A model generated the notes under the pieces. It was not told the origin of the DNA. It made no database searches and worked only from the letters and a program-made list of their open reading frames with translations. The position numbers and the translations under genes were made by a program. From contig NC_082722.1 of NCBI RefSeq assembly GCF_030144855.1, positions 63,302,001 through 63,366,000 of the forward strand: 64,000 bases of DNA. Direction: 5' to 3'. Below are positions 38,751 to 50,290 of this stretch, one piece after another (the first letter of the stretch is position 1; each line of letters opens with the position of its first letter). The DNA is from Hypanus sabinus. Its lineage: Eukaryota.

Positions 38751-38979
38751 ATTGAGAGTGAATCTTTTACCACATTACTATTTTTCAGCATGGTAGCACA
38801 TATAGTAATAATAAAAGTTTTGTACTTCATTACTCAGTAGTGTCCTTTCAAAATGATATGTTTATCAAATGCTTTTTTAAGTTTAGAATTTATTACAAAT
38901 GTTGAAAAATCCTGGTGCAATGAGAATTCTTTTCCAGGCTTAAAATGCCGCTCAACTATCAGGTCATAAAGACACAATC

Positions 38980-39290
38980 ACAGAAAATTACAGCACAAAA
39001 ACAGGCCTTTCAGCCCATTTGGTCCATGCTGAACCATTTAAATGTTGAAATAGAGCTTGCTTTCAGTACATGCACTGGCAGTTGTTCCACTCTCACAACC
39101 CTCTGAGTGAAGAAGTATAACCTCAGGTTTCCCTTAAACTTTTCACCTTTCACCTTTAACCCATGACCTCTAGTTGCAGTCCCACCCAACCTCAGTGGAA
39201 AAAGCCTGCTTCCATTTCTCCTATCAATACCCCCCATAATTTTGTAAACCTCTGTCAAATCTCCACTCAATCCTTTACATTCCAAGGAAA
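38980..39290 (-). mobile_element. CR1 LINE 3' fragment
   Basis: ORF 39010-39285: GDLTEVYKIMGGIDR...TRGHGLKVKGEKFKGNLRLYFFTQRVVRV. Confidence 0.85.
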
Positions 39291-39599
39291 GTCATTCTTA
39301 CCCTTGACCATTAGGCTCTATAATGCGTCTATAACCCCCCACCGTAAGACTGTTGGTGTTATCTTATTTTTTATTATTTCTACTTCTCTTCTAATACTTT
39401 TATCTATGTATAAATATTACATAAATAATTATATTTATGCTACTGCGACACTAATTTCCTTCGGGATCAATAGGTATCTATCTATCTAGCTGTTTAATCT
39501 TTCCTAATTCAGACTCTGACAGGACACCAACCATTTTGAAAAGGGAAAAAGAGACATTACAGAGAGGAATTTAAGCTGTTTCACAGATGAGCTTGAAGA

Positions 39600-40200
39600 A
39601 ATTGCCCTCTGGTGCCATTTGCGTGGAATTGTTGAGGGGGGTGGCCACAGGGGTAGTCTGCACTGGCTGTTTAATCCCTTTTCCCTTCCTGATTGTCACA
39701 CAGGTTCCTGTTCCTGCACCTCGGGTGTAACTACATCTCCATATGTCCTATCTGTGACCTCCACAGCCTCCCGACTAATTCAGATTTCATCCATTTCCAG
39801 CTCCAACTCCTCAACACGGATTGATAGAAGGTGCAGCTGGATGCACTTCCCAGAAGTGAAGTCATCAGTGATAATGGAGGTCTCCCTGCCTTCCCACATC
39901 CTGCAAGAGGAGCATTCCACTATCCTGCCTGGCATCCCTATGGTTCTAACTGAAGGAATGTAAAGAAGGAAAAACAATAAATAAACCGCGGGCAATACAA
40001 TCTACCTCCAGCTTTTCACTTATGCTCACTGAAACATCGAAGAGCTAAAGTCTCAAAATCCACACTCTAACACTTCCCACTCCCAACAGTGGCCACACTG
40101 CTTGCCCTTGCCTAATTTTAATTTGCTCATGCCAATCATTCCCAATCACTGATTGACCACTGCTTGAAACACCAAAAACTGCCATGAGTCAATAACTTGT
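39600..40200 (-). mobile_element. CR1 LINE 5' end (UTR and ORF1 N-terminus)
   Basis: MPGRIVECSSCRMWEGRETSIITDDFTSGKCIQLHLLSIRVEELELEMDEI, homologous to 36460-36555. Confidence 0.8.
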
Positions 40201-40481
40201 GCACTCAGCTGTCGAATCACAATGAGCCATGTCTTCTCATGCTTCGTATCTCCAAATTGCCGTTGCTCAAAAGGTCTTAAATCAAATGACTAATCCATTG
40301 CTTAAGTTTTTTTTAACTTTATTTTGGTTCAATAAGTTGTACATTCTGGAGCAATGCTGCCAACTTGAGATGCACAGTTGGGTGAAGAGAGGGCAAGGAT
40401 ATCAGGGAGTTTCTAAGACTTCAATACTATTGAGGTATTAAAAGTAGGAAGCTCACAAAGAAAGTAATAAGTAATCATAAT

Positions 40482-40996
40482 GCACACTCATTATTAGGTG
40501 TTGGAGTGGAACCTGGTTTGGTCTTCTGCTGATGTAGCCTATTCTCTTCAGGGTTTGAAGTGTTGTACATTCAGAGATGCTCTTCTGCGCAGCACTGTTG
40601 TAACACACGGTTATTTGAGTTACAGTCACCTTTCTGTCATTCTTCTCTGACATCTCTCATTAACAAAGCATTTTCACCCACAGAACTGCTGCTCGCTGGA
40701 TTTTTCTTTTCTTTTTCACACCATTCTCTGTAAATTCTTAAGACTGCTGTGCATAAAAATCTCTGGATATCAGCAGTTTCAGAGATACTCAAACCATCCT
40801 ATCTGGCACTAACAATCATTCCACAGCCAAAGTCACTTAGGTCACATTTCTTACCCATTCCAATATTTGTTCTGAACAACAACTAAACCTCTTGACCAGA
40901 TCTGCACGCTTTTATGCAAAAATTTGCTGCCACTTAATTGGCTGATTAGATATTTGCTTTACCAAGCAGGTGCCGAAAAAATGGCTACTGAGTGTA
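40482..40996. mobile_element. Non-autonomous Tc1-like element
   Basis: Ends CACACTCA..TTATTAGGT and TGGCTACTGAGTGTA. Minus-strand remnant NDRKVTVTQITVCYNSAAQKSISECTTLQTLKRIGYISRRP is Tc1 HTH-like. A second copy is at 45305-48069. Confidence 0.75.
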
Positions 40997-41514
40997 TGCT
41001 CCTCGCTAATTATCTTGGTAATCTCTCCTAGCGATAACTAGGGCTTGCAGTCCCTTGCTATCTCTGGGACAGATCCAACATCTTAAAAGGCATCAGGCGC
41101 TTATAGGGAAGGTCAAGTACTTATCCAATGTGAACATGAGAGAAGGCTTATGATTACAGAGTTTGCCTCAATTCTGTGTGAGACAGACTTAAAAAAAATT
41201 ATTTTCCTCTCACATTTATTTGAACTGTTCAATATAGCCAAGAAGGATGAGTTGGCTTGTTTGCAATCACTAGAGATTCTGACTGAATCCAACTCCAAAT
41301 ATAAAATTGCCCGGCCTTATTTGTATCTGGTTATGATAACCAAAAGATTTGTAGCAAATTACAGAACAATATAGATGTCATCCTATTATGTACCGAAGTG
41401 ACATTTTTAAAATGGGTCCCTTTTAGATGGAAAAGTTAAAAAAGTTTCTGTCCAACGTCACCAAAGTTATAATAGTTATTTATCACTACAATTAAATATA
41501 TTGAATTAAAAACA

Positions 41515-41985
41515 GTATACTGAATCAGAAGACTGTGGTTCAAAGCTCCCTTCAAATGGGTACAAACATCATTCATGCAGTTATGGAGTCAGAAAACCTT
41601 CAACTGAGGTGTTAAACTCTCTATTCATTCTTGGAGAATCAGAATCCAAATCAGGTTTATTATCACTGGCAAGTGACGTGAAATTTGTTACCTTAGCAGC
41701 AGCAGTTCAATGCAATACATAGCCTAGCAGAGAGAAAAACCAAAGGTCAAAGGTACTATTTCAAAGAAGGAAAGGATATATTTTTTCACTGCTCTGAGAA
41801 CAGTTATGCTCAACCAACATCATTAAAACAGACCGTTTTCATAATTTTCTTTACTATGAGAGATAGTGCTGTGCTTAGAGTAGCTGCCAAGTTTCCTATA
41901 CTACAATAGTGACTAGACTTCAAAAATATTTTGATTGTTGTTGAGTGTTTTGAAGCATCCTAAAGTTATGATGGGTGATTTATAA
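41515..41985 (+). mobile_element. Deu-SINE (AmnSINE1/SacSINE1-like) remnant, interrupted by a short LINE tail at ~41640-41735
   Basis: GCTGTGCTTAGAGTAGCTGCCAAGTTTCCTATACTACAATAGTGACTAGACTTCAAAAATAT. Related pieces occur at ~49255-49340 and ~53200-53300. Confidence 0.55.
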
Positions 41986-42404
41986 CAATTTTTCCTTTAC
42001 AAGAGCTTACCATTATTAAGCACAGAATTTTGAGGAACTGATTCAGTTTGTACATGCATTCTAATAACTGGAGATAGGATGGAAGTCTTTGAAAATCACT
42101 AAAAGTAGGATTTGTGCACTTGTATACACTCACATCCACTTTGCATTGACAAACAACTACTCCCTATTTTTATTTCAGCTTCCTAATTTTAAAACGCTTT
42201 CAAATTTGCACAATACAGTGCTCAATATCGAACCTTTAATGCTACCAGATGATCATTAATTCTGCCTCAATTAATATTTAACATGCAGATATTTCAGTGC
42301 CATAATGACTGACCACCCTGCTGACAGAACGTGATATCCCCTAAGCGATTTACTAAAATGAGATTATCAACTATTGCATAGAATCACTTAAAGAAGAGTA
42401 GAAT

Positions 42405-42702
42405 GTACAGTACACATTGGGAAGGAGGTACAAACAACTCAGCCGTGGACAATCCCAACCCAGGCTGTAAAAGAAGGATGGTTGACTTTAGGGCTAGTAA
42501 CACCAGCCTATAAAAATACAGAGATATTGAAATGTCAACAGAAGCTCCAAAGGCCTCATAGGAGAAGGATGATCTGCAAAGGTGGGCTACACCTGGGGGC
42601 AACTTGAAAGTCTTGGACCAAGACAGAGGACTCTGGCGAGCTGCCTTCAGTGGCTTATGCTCCAGAAGGGTTGAGAGGCTTAAGAAGGAGAAGAAGAAGA
42701 AG
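42405..42702 (+). mobile_element. Short non-autonomous RTE derivative with (AAG)n tail
   Basis: Head CCCAACCCAGGCTGTAAAAGAAGGATGGTTG..GGGCTAGTAACACC. Tail translates, with a frameshift, GYTWGQLE..DQDRGLWRAAFSGLCS and ends AAGAAGGAGAAGAAGAAGAAG. Confidence 0.6.
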
Positions 42703-43546
42703 TAAGTACAGCTGCTTTAGATCCCACACCACCAGGTTCAGGTTATTACCCTTCAACCACCAAACTCCTAAACCAGAGTGGGTAACTTCACTCACTTCAA
42801 CTCCAAACTGATTCCACAACCCATGGACTCACTTTCAAGGACTTCAACTCACATTCTTAGTATTATTTATTGTTTTATTTATATTGCATATTTTGTATTT
42901 GCATTGATTGTCTTCTTTGTACATTGGCTGTGTCAGTCTGTGTGTAGTTATATGTTGATTCTATAGTATTTCTTTGATAATAATTTTACTTTAAATTATG
43001 AATATATCCAGTATCAAACAATGTTTTTTTTACCTTCATCACCAACAGTTCAACTATTTTGCTTTTTATGAATTATTGATGTAACCATACCAGCTTAAAA
43101 TGCCACACTATGGTACATCTAAAGTTTGTAACTGACTGGATGACTTGCTTTTTACCTTTTTTTCTCATGAGTTTATACAACAAACTTTTACTCTTGAAGC
43201 CATCTCCAAGACTAGCTTATCCAAAGTTTCCCCTTTGATTAAAGAATGGCAGATGTGTTTTTGATTTGATATAATTTTACCAGAATGCATACAGATTTGG
43301 ATTTATGAAATTCCTGCTTCCAATTTATGAATGATTAATAACCAAATTAAGTTCAGTAAGTTGCACCACATTTAGTCATCTGGTATGCTCATTATGGAAG
43401 ACGTACCACAGGCATCGAAGCCAAATTGTAATTTCTTGTAAATTTTTGTGGTCTCTTTTAATTTGGAGGCTTGTAGGATAAAGATGCCAGCTATAATTTG
43501 AAAATTTATTTGGTGTAAGATGACTAAGAAGAAAAGTTTTATTCAG

Positions 43547-43800
43547 GGGTATATGGTAGCATAGTGGTTAAGTTACCGGATAAGTTCTGAAGTCCTGCAG
43601 TAATGACCGGATATATAAGTTTCATTCCCACCATGGCAGCTCGGAAATTTAGCTTCAGTGAATAAAATAATACTAGATTTAAGGCACTTGTGGCAATTAC
43701 ATTATTGTAAACTTCCATATGGTTTACTGATATCCTTCAGTGAAGGAAATCTGCTGCCTCTGTCACAATGTGCGCTTGCAATATCGGAACCCAAGTGCAG
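43547..43800 (+). mobile_element. tRNA-derived SINE remnant
   Basis: A box TGGTAGCATAGTGGTTAAG, B-box-like AAGTTTCATTCCCACCATGGCAG, and body GGTTTACTGATATCCTTCAGTGAAGGAAATCTGC. Confidence 0.55.
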
Positions 43801-44459
43801 AGGCAAGATAGAATCTGGTGTAGAGCCACCGATGAGAATTTATTCATAGTAATTCCAAAAGAACACTGGTGGTTCAGCTCAAGGTAGCATTCTTAAAACT
43901 AGGACCCTGCAATTAATACTAATCTGGCGTTGGTTAAATAATACGAGTATTACGGAATCCCCGTGTGTATCAAAATGAACGTAACAAGTATAAACAGAAG
44001 GCATCAGAAGATCATATTACAATGACTGAGTTGCTTGAGAAAAATGCAAGGAACTCTAAACGATTAACAACTCTCATTAAACAACAATTACCGAATTCAC
44101 ATGCTCTAAAAACCTTGGAGCCCATCGCTCTCTGGCATCCCAGACAGGCCCAAAGAGTTCATTATACCCTCCATCTGACTGAGCTCATTTGTACCGTTAT
44201 GCTCCTGATTCCCTTCAATGGTAACTTGAAATGGACTAAAAATGTTGGTCAGGCCTGAAATGACATGAATGAAAAGTTGAAATGAATAATTTCAGATGAT
44301 AAAATTACAAAGGTGAAAAGACTCTTTTGTACTAAATTTTCGATATGGTCTGGTTATTAGAAATATACCTATTTTTAATGAAATGTGTATACAATTTATT
44401 GAAGTGAGGCATATTTCCCCACCAATAACATTTATGTAATATATGCTATCTAGTATTAG

Positions 44460-44870
44460 TTCAAAGTAGATTTATTATTAAAGTCTCCATATGTCACCAT
44501 ATGGTACACCAAGATTCTTTTTTTTTTGCTGGCATTCACAGTAGAACAAAAAAGTACAACAGAATCCATGAAAAACTACACAAGAAAAATTGACAAACAG
44601 CCAATGTACAAAAGAAGATTAACTGTACAAATACAAAGCAAACAAACATTTAATAAATAGTGCTGAGAACTTAAGTTGTAGAGTCCTTGAAAGTGAGTCT
44701 ATAGGTTGAGGAATCGCATCAATGATGAGGTGAGTGAAGTTAGCCACACTGGTTCAGGAGCTTCGTGGTTCAAGGGCAATAATGTTTCTGAACCTGATGG
44801 TGTGGGACCTAATGTCCCTATATCTCCTTCCGAAGGCAGCATTGAGAAGAGAACCTGGCCTGGAAGGCAT
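44460..44870 (-). mobile_element. Rex1/Babar-type LINE 3' end
   Basis: Minus strand LFSMLPSEGD... followed by the shared 3' UTR also seen at ~24370-24575 and ~42720-42960. Confidence 0.6.
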
Positions 44871-46549
44871 TTATGTATTATATTCCATTGACTATTACAG
44901 CACAGGGAAACATTAAAAATAATTTGAAAATAACTCATTAAATAAGCAATATCTTTAGAAGTCAACAAATGTGCTTGTACTTCTTACTTTGGTTTAGTGA
45001 TTAGAAAATCCCCATAAATTCTCATCAGTATAAATAACTTGACATCGGCTTTTATCAGATTACTCTGTGTTATTTGAAAATCTGCCATGGGTAAGAAACA
45101 AATGTGCAACATCAGCTGTTACGACGAGCAGCCAAATATAACACACAGCTAGCTGAAGGAGTTTAGTTATCTTCAGAGTATTTGTATTTTTCCTTCCAAT
45201 TTTAATTTTAGCACCTAAAAGATGTTCCACACTTAAGGATGAAAGAGAGTGAAAGAAAAAAGTAATACTTTTCAAACCTAACACTTTTAAAGATGTTTAT
45301 AATTGGCACTCAATATTCACTTTATTCAGTATCTTCCATACTGAATCATGTGCCTACTGATGATACGCTCATGGTATTCTGCTGCTGTAGCCCACTTACT
45401 TCAAAGTTTGATGCATTGTGTGCTCAGAGATTCTCTTCCACCTGCCTCTGTTGAAACGTGTGGCTATTTGAGTTACTGTGGCCTTCCTGTCATCCTGAAC
45501 CAATTTGGCCATTCTCTTCTGACCTCTCTCATTACAAGGCATTTTCACCCACAGAGCTGATGCTCATTAGATTTTTGTTTGTACCATTCTCTGTAAGCTC
45601 ACGAGACCTACAGTTTCTGAGATACTTAAGCCACCCCATCTAGCACCAACAATCATAGACCATAAACCCATGAGACATAGGAGCCGAACTTGGCCTTTCA
45701 GTCCATTAAGTCTGCTCAGCCATTCCATCATGGCTGATTTATTACCCTTCTCAACATCATTCTTCTGCCTTTTCTAGGTAACCTTTGACACCCAGATGAA
45801 TCAAGAACCTATCAACCTTCCAATGACTTGGCCTCCACAACTGTTTGTAGCAATGAATTCCTCAGATTCACTACTCTTTGGCTAAAGTAATTCCTCCTCA
45901 TTCTGTTCTAAGTGGACATCCTCCTATTCTAAAGCTGTGCTCTCTGATCATGGACTCCCCCACTAGAGGAAGCAACCTCTCCACATCTGATCTATCTAGG
46001 CCTTTCAATATTCAATAGAGTTTAAGGAGATCCCTCCCTCATTCTTCTAAACTCCATCAAGTATATGATTAGTGCCATCAAAAGCCCCTCATACATTAAC
46101 ACTTTCATTCCCAGAATCATTTTTGTGAGCCTTCTCTGGACCCTCTCAAATGCTAGCACATTTTTTTCTTCGATAAGGGATCCAAAACTGCTCACAATAC
46201 TCCAAACACAGTCTGAGCAATTCCTTATAAAGCCTCAGCATTACATCCTTACTTATATATTCTAGTCCTCTTGAAATGAATGCTATCAGTGTATTTTCCT
46301 TCTTTACCACTGACTTAACCTACAAGCTAACATTGTCATGGTCCGGATCGGTTCCCCATTAAATTTAGTTAGGTTGCGATCCGGACCATTGGCGCCTTGT
46401 TCCCTTTTAATTCCATTTCACGCGTCCCTTGAGCTTGGCAATCAAGGTAATCTACCCTCGACCCGAACCGGCAGTTTATAAGCCCCTGGCTTTAGCTGTT
46501 CGGGGCGAAGGTGTTAAGAAGCCTTTGCAAGTCGCCGCCACTACGACAA

Positions 46550-46694
46550 GCCAGAGTGATCCAGCCCGCACCGGAGTACCAGCAATTCGCCTTCCATCGC
46601 CAGAGTGATCCAGCCCGCACCGGAGTACCAGCAATTCGCCTTCCATCGCCAGAGTGATCCAGCCCGCACCGGAGTACCAGCAATTCGCCTTCCG
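46550..46694. repeat. 49-bp tandem repeat, about 3 identical copies
   Basis: GCCAGAGTGATCCAGCCCGCACCGGAGTACCAGCAATTCGCCTTCCATC starts at 46550, 46599 and 46648. Confidence 0.97.
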
Positions 46695-46779
46695 TCACCA
46701 GCGTGTGTCCGGGCAAGGTCAATCTACCAGGGGTGAGTTCAATGCGGAGTCCTGACTCGACATTCATGCCTCTTGTCCA

Positions 46780-47056
46780 TGTCTACCCTTCCAAGAGTCC
46801 CGGCTCAGTGCCTGAGTTGAAGGTGGAGTATTGATTTGACATTCATGTCCCTTGACTGTGTCTACCCCCGAAGAAGAGTCCCGGCTCGGTGCCTGAGTTG
46901 AAGGTGGAGTTCCAGCTCAATGTGATGATCAGTGTCTGTGTCTACCCCCGAAGAAGAGTCCCGGCTCGGTGCCTGAGTTGAAGGTGGAGTTCCAGCTCAA
47001 TGTGATGATCAGTGTCTGTGTCTACCCCCGAAGAAGAGTCCCGGCTCGATGCCTGA
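46780..47056. repeat. 80-bp tandem repeat, about 3.5 copies
   Basis: TCTACCCCCGAAGAAGAGTCCCGGCTCG starts at 46861, 46941 and 47021, with a diverged copy at ~46782. Confidence 0.95.
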
Positions 47057-48334
47057 TCTGGAGGAGGAGTCCTGGTTCAAGATTCCTTGTCCTGTGTTTT
47101 GGTGTCCATGTTTCTGGCTGCAGCGATCCATGGTATCCAAGTGTCTGGCGGCAGTGAATCAAGGTCCCAGTCTCCAAGTCCAAGGGCCGTGGCGGTCCCA
47201 GTCCCCTGTCCAAGTCCAAGGTCCGCGGCTGTTCCAGTTCCCTGTTTCCAAGTCCCAGGTCCCCTAGTTTGAGGTTCGTGTTCCTCTTTGTCCTCGATTT
47301 CCTGATCTTTTGTGTAGCGAGTAATAAACGCTATTTTATTGTACCTAAGAAAGACGTGTTTGTGTCCTGCTTGTGGGTCCTCTCCCAGCATTCTTGTCCC
47401 CACCTCGTGACAAACCTTTAGGGAATCCTCCACAAAGACTCTCAAGTCCCTTTGCACTTCTGATGTTTGAATTTTGTCTCCATTTAGAAAATAGTCTACA
47501 CCATTATTCCTTCAAAGTGCATGACCATATGCTTCCCTACTCTATATTCCATCTGCCACTTTTTTGCCCATTCTCCCAATCTGTCTGTCCTTCTGCAGAT
47601 TCCCTGCTTCCACAGCACTATCTGCCCCTCCATCTATCTTTGTTTTGTCCATAAACTTGGCTACTCCACTAGTCACTGACAGCCTACCAGAAAAGGCCCC
47701 CCCTTATTCCCAATCTTTGCCTCCTGCCAGTCAGCCAATCTTTTATCCATGCTTGTATCTTTCCTATAATACCATGGGTTCTTATTTTGTTAGGCAGCCT
47801 CATGTGGCACATTGTCAAAGGCCTTCTGAAAGTCCAAGTGAACTACATCCACTGATTCTTCTTTATCTATCCTACTTGTATTACCTCAAAGTTATTCCAC
47901 TTGGATCATTTATTCCTTGCTCAAATGTTTGGTCTAAGCAACAACTGAACCTCTTGACCATGCCTTCATGCTTTTATGCACTGAGTTGCTGCCACATGAT
48001 TGACTGATTAGATATTTGCATTAATGAGCAGATATACAGGTGTACCTAATAAAGCGGCCACTGAGTGTAGGGATATTAAAATAATCTTTTGATAAACTAA
48101 AATTGTGGAACAAGCAAATTCATTCGTTTTTATCGGTTTAAACATTTTTATTTTTGTAGTTGCTAGGCTAACACTATCTGTCTGCATTTCGTGTCCTTAT
48201 CTTGAAGATCATGCACGTTATAACAGAAGGTTTAAAGGGTGATAATGAGAAGTTGGGACATTTCCTACTGGCATCATTTAAATCTGTCCCAGGACTGGAC
48301 ATTCATTGTGGCCCAGTTTGCAGCATTCGTGGTT

Positions 48335-49053
48335 TCTTTTTTTTTGTAATTTATTTTTCATTGAAGTTCATCATCAAATAAACCTTTCCATAAAATGTAT
48401 TTCATATATTGCACATATATATCGTCATATATATCTTATATATTTGCCACAAATTTCCACATAATATTTATCTGAGGTATGCACTTATAGAAAAGAGAGG
48501 AAAGGAAGAACAAGCAAAAGGAGAAAACTATGTACAAGTAGGAAGTGATCCTCTTTTTTTACAACATATTCATTGATTCGTGAGAATAAAATCTGGCCCA
48601 GGAGGTGTTATGAATCAACTTGTTCCAACTTATGATTAACAGATGCTGTTATATTCTCCATTTTGTAAATGTCCATTGTAATTTCCATCCATGCATTTAA
48701 ACTTGGGCTCTCCTGTGATAACCATCTCCTGGTAAGAGTCTTTTTACCAGCCACCAGCAATATATTCATTAAATATTTATCTCTTTTCAACCATTCTTGA
48801 GGTATCTACCCAAAATATATGTTCACAGAAATGAAGGAAGTTTGGATGGAAAATTGTGATAAGATATTTTACTATGCCCTCTCAGAAATCCCATTATGAT
48901 AGTAACCTCCCTGTTTGCTGGAAAAATTGTGGAAATCAAAATGCAAATCATTATTATATTTTCTGGGAATGCCCCGTTATCAAAGACTATTGGAGTGGGA
49001 TACACAATGCCCTATAAGACTTCTTTAAATGTGAAATACCCTTATAAATTAAG
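48335..49053 (-). mobile_element. L1-clade LINE 3' end with inverted 5' segment
   Basis: T-tract at 48337-48345. Minus-strand IPQEWLKRDKYLMNILLVAGKKTLTRRWLSQESPSLNAW. Plus-strand 48830-49045 encodes the upstream cysteine-rich region VCWKNCGNQNANHYYIFWECPVIKDYWSGI..CEIPL. TSD AGCATTCGTGGTT (48322-48334) / AGCATTCTTGGTT (49054-49066). Confidence 0.85.
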
Positions 49054-49926
49054 AGCATTCTTGGTTCTAAATCAGAAGATTCAGCACTTTGGGACTGCTT
49101 CGCAGTCAAAGATACTGCATTTTGGATGAACCTGACCTTCACGAGTTGATACCTAAGATCATATAGTGACGTATTAACAAAGAGAAGTATTCTTTTGTAT
49201 TTTGGACAAAAATATTCCTCATGTAATACTTCTAAGATGATCTACTCATACCTCCTTGCCACATTTTGGAATTTGCATGTGGAAATAGGCAGCAGCGTTA
49301 CCACCAATGTAATAGTGACTTCATTGAATAGTGAATTCAAGAATACTTCATTGCCTCAAGGGTCTGCAGCAAATGCTGGAATCTGGAGCAACAATAAGTA
49401 GCTGGAGGAACTCATCACATCAGACAGCATCTGTAGAGAGAAGTGGACAGTTTGCATTTGGGTCAGGACTCTTCATGTGGACTGAAAAGAGTAAAGCGGA
49501 AATAACCAGTATAAAATGGGAGGAAGAGATGGGTGGAGCAAGAGCTAGCAAGCAATAGGTGGATCTGGGTGAGAAGGGTTGATGGGCAGATGATCAGATG
49601 TGGGAGGAAAGAGTGGAGATATCAGCAGAGGTTAATGAACCCATCCGACGATCAGCTCTTCCTCACTTGCATCCAACTATTGTTGCCATTTCAGGGACTG
49701 AACCTCCACATCTCTCCAACATGAAGAAACTTCATTTCAGACCCAAATGACCCATCCCTTATTTTAAAACCATGACTGCTCGTTCTAAACTCTCATTCTG
49801 CTGATACCACCTTGTTGAAGCCTCCCAAGTATTTTATATGAGAACTTAATTTATATACTCAATGGGTTGCATTCCATTCTCCTAAACATGAAAGAATAGA
49901 GTTTAGATTATTCAGTCCCTTCACAT

Positions 49927-50290
49927 AGAATCAGAATCAAAATCAGGTTTATGATCATTGACATATGTCGTGAAATTTGCTGTTCTGCAAAATCATACAG
50001 TGCTAGACATAAAAATACTATAATTTACAAAGTAAATAAATATTGCAAAAGATGAATAATGAGGTAATATTCATGGGTTCATGGACCATTCAGAAATCTA
50101 ATGGTGGAGGGGAAGAAGCTGTTCTTAAAAAACTGAGTAGGACTTCAAGTTCCTGTAACTCCTCTCTGATAGTAGTAATGTAGAAGAGAGCATGTCCCAG
50201 ATGGTGAATGTCCTTCATGGCTGATTCTGCCTTCTTAAGGCACTGCCTCTTAATGATGTCCTCAATGGCAGGAAGGGTTGTACTCTGAAT
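49927..50290 (-). mobile_element. Rex1/Babar-type LINE 3' end
   Basis: TLPAIEDIIKRQCLKKAESAMKDIHHLGHALF, with a (GATTCT)n-like tail. Confidence 0.7.

Larger units (their letters stand above)
46334..47412 (+). mobile_element. Solo LTR, 1079 bp
   Basis: Termini TGTCA...TGACA. 5-bp TSD AACAT/AACCT. TATA-like TTTATAAG at ~46476 and AATAAA at ~47323. Many intact CpGs. Confidence 0.85.
45655..47885 (-). mobile_element. CR1 LINE 3' part, interrupted by a solo LTR
   Basis: CR1 tail at 45655-46000. The sequence ..ACCTACAAGCTAAC | AACCTTTAGGGAATCC.. is continuous across the LTR (compare 57950-57975). Confidence 0.88.
45305..48069. mobile_element. Non-autonomous Tc1-like element split by CR1 (left arm 45305-45655, right arm ~47890-48069)
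   Basis: Both arms are colinear with the 40482-40996 copy. Right terminus is TACCTAATAAAGCGGCCACTGAGTG-TA. Confidence 0.8.

Noticed and set aside
46550-47056. Regular repeats that could be mistaken for a CRISPR array
   Set aside because: Head-to-tail units without unique spacers, inside a eukaryotic LTR, with no cas genes.
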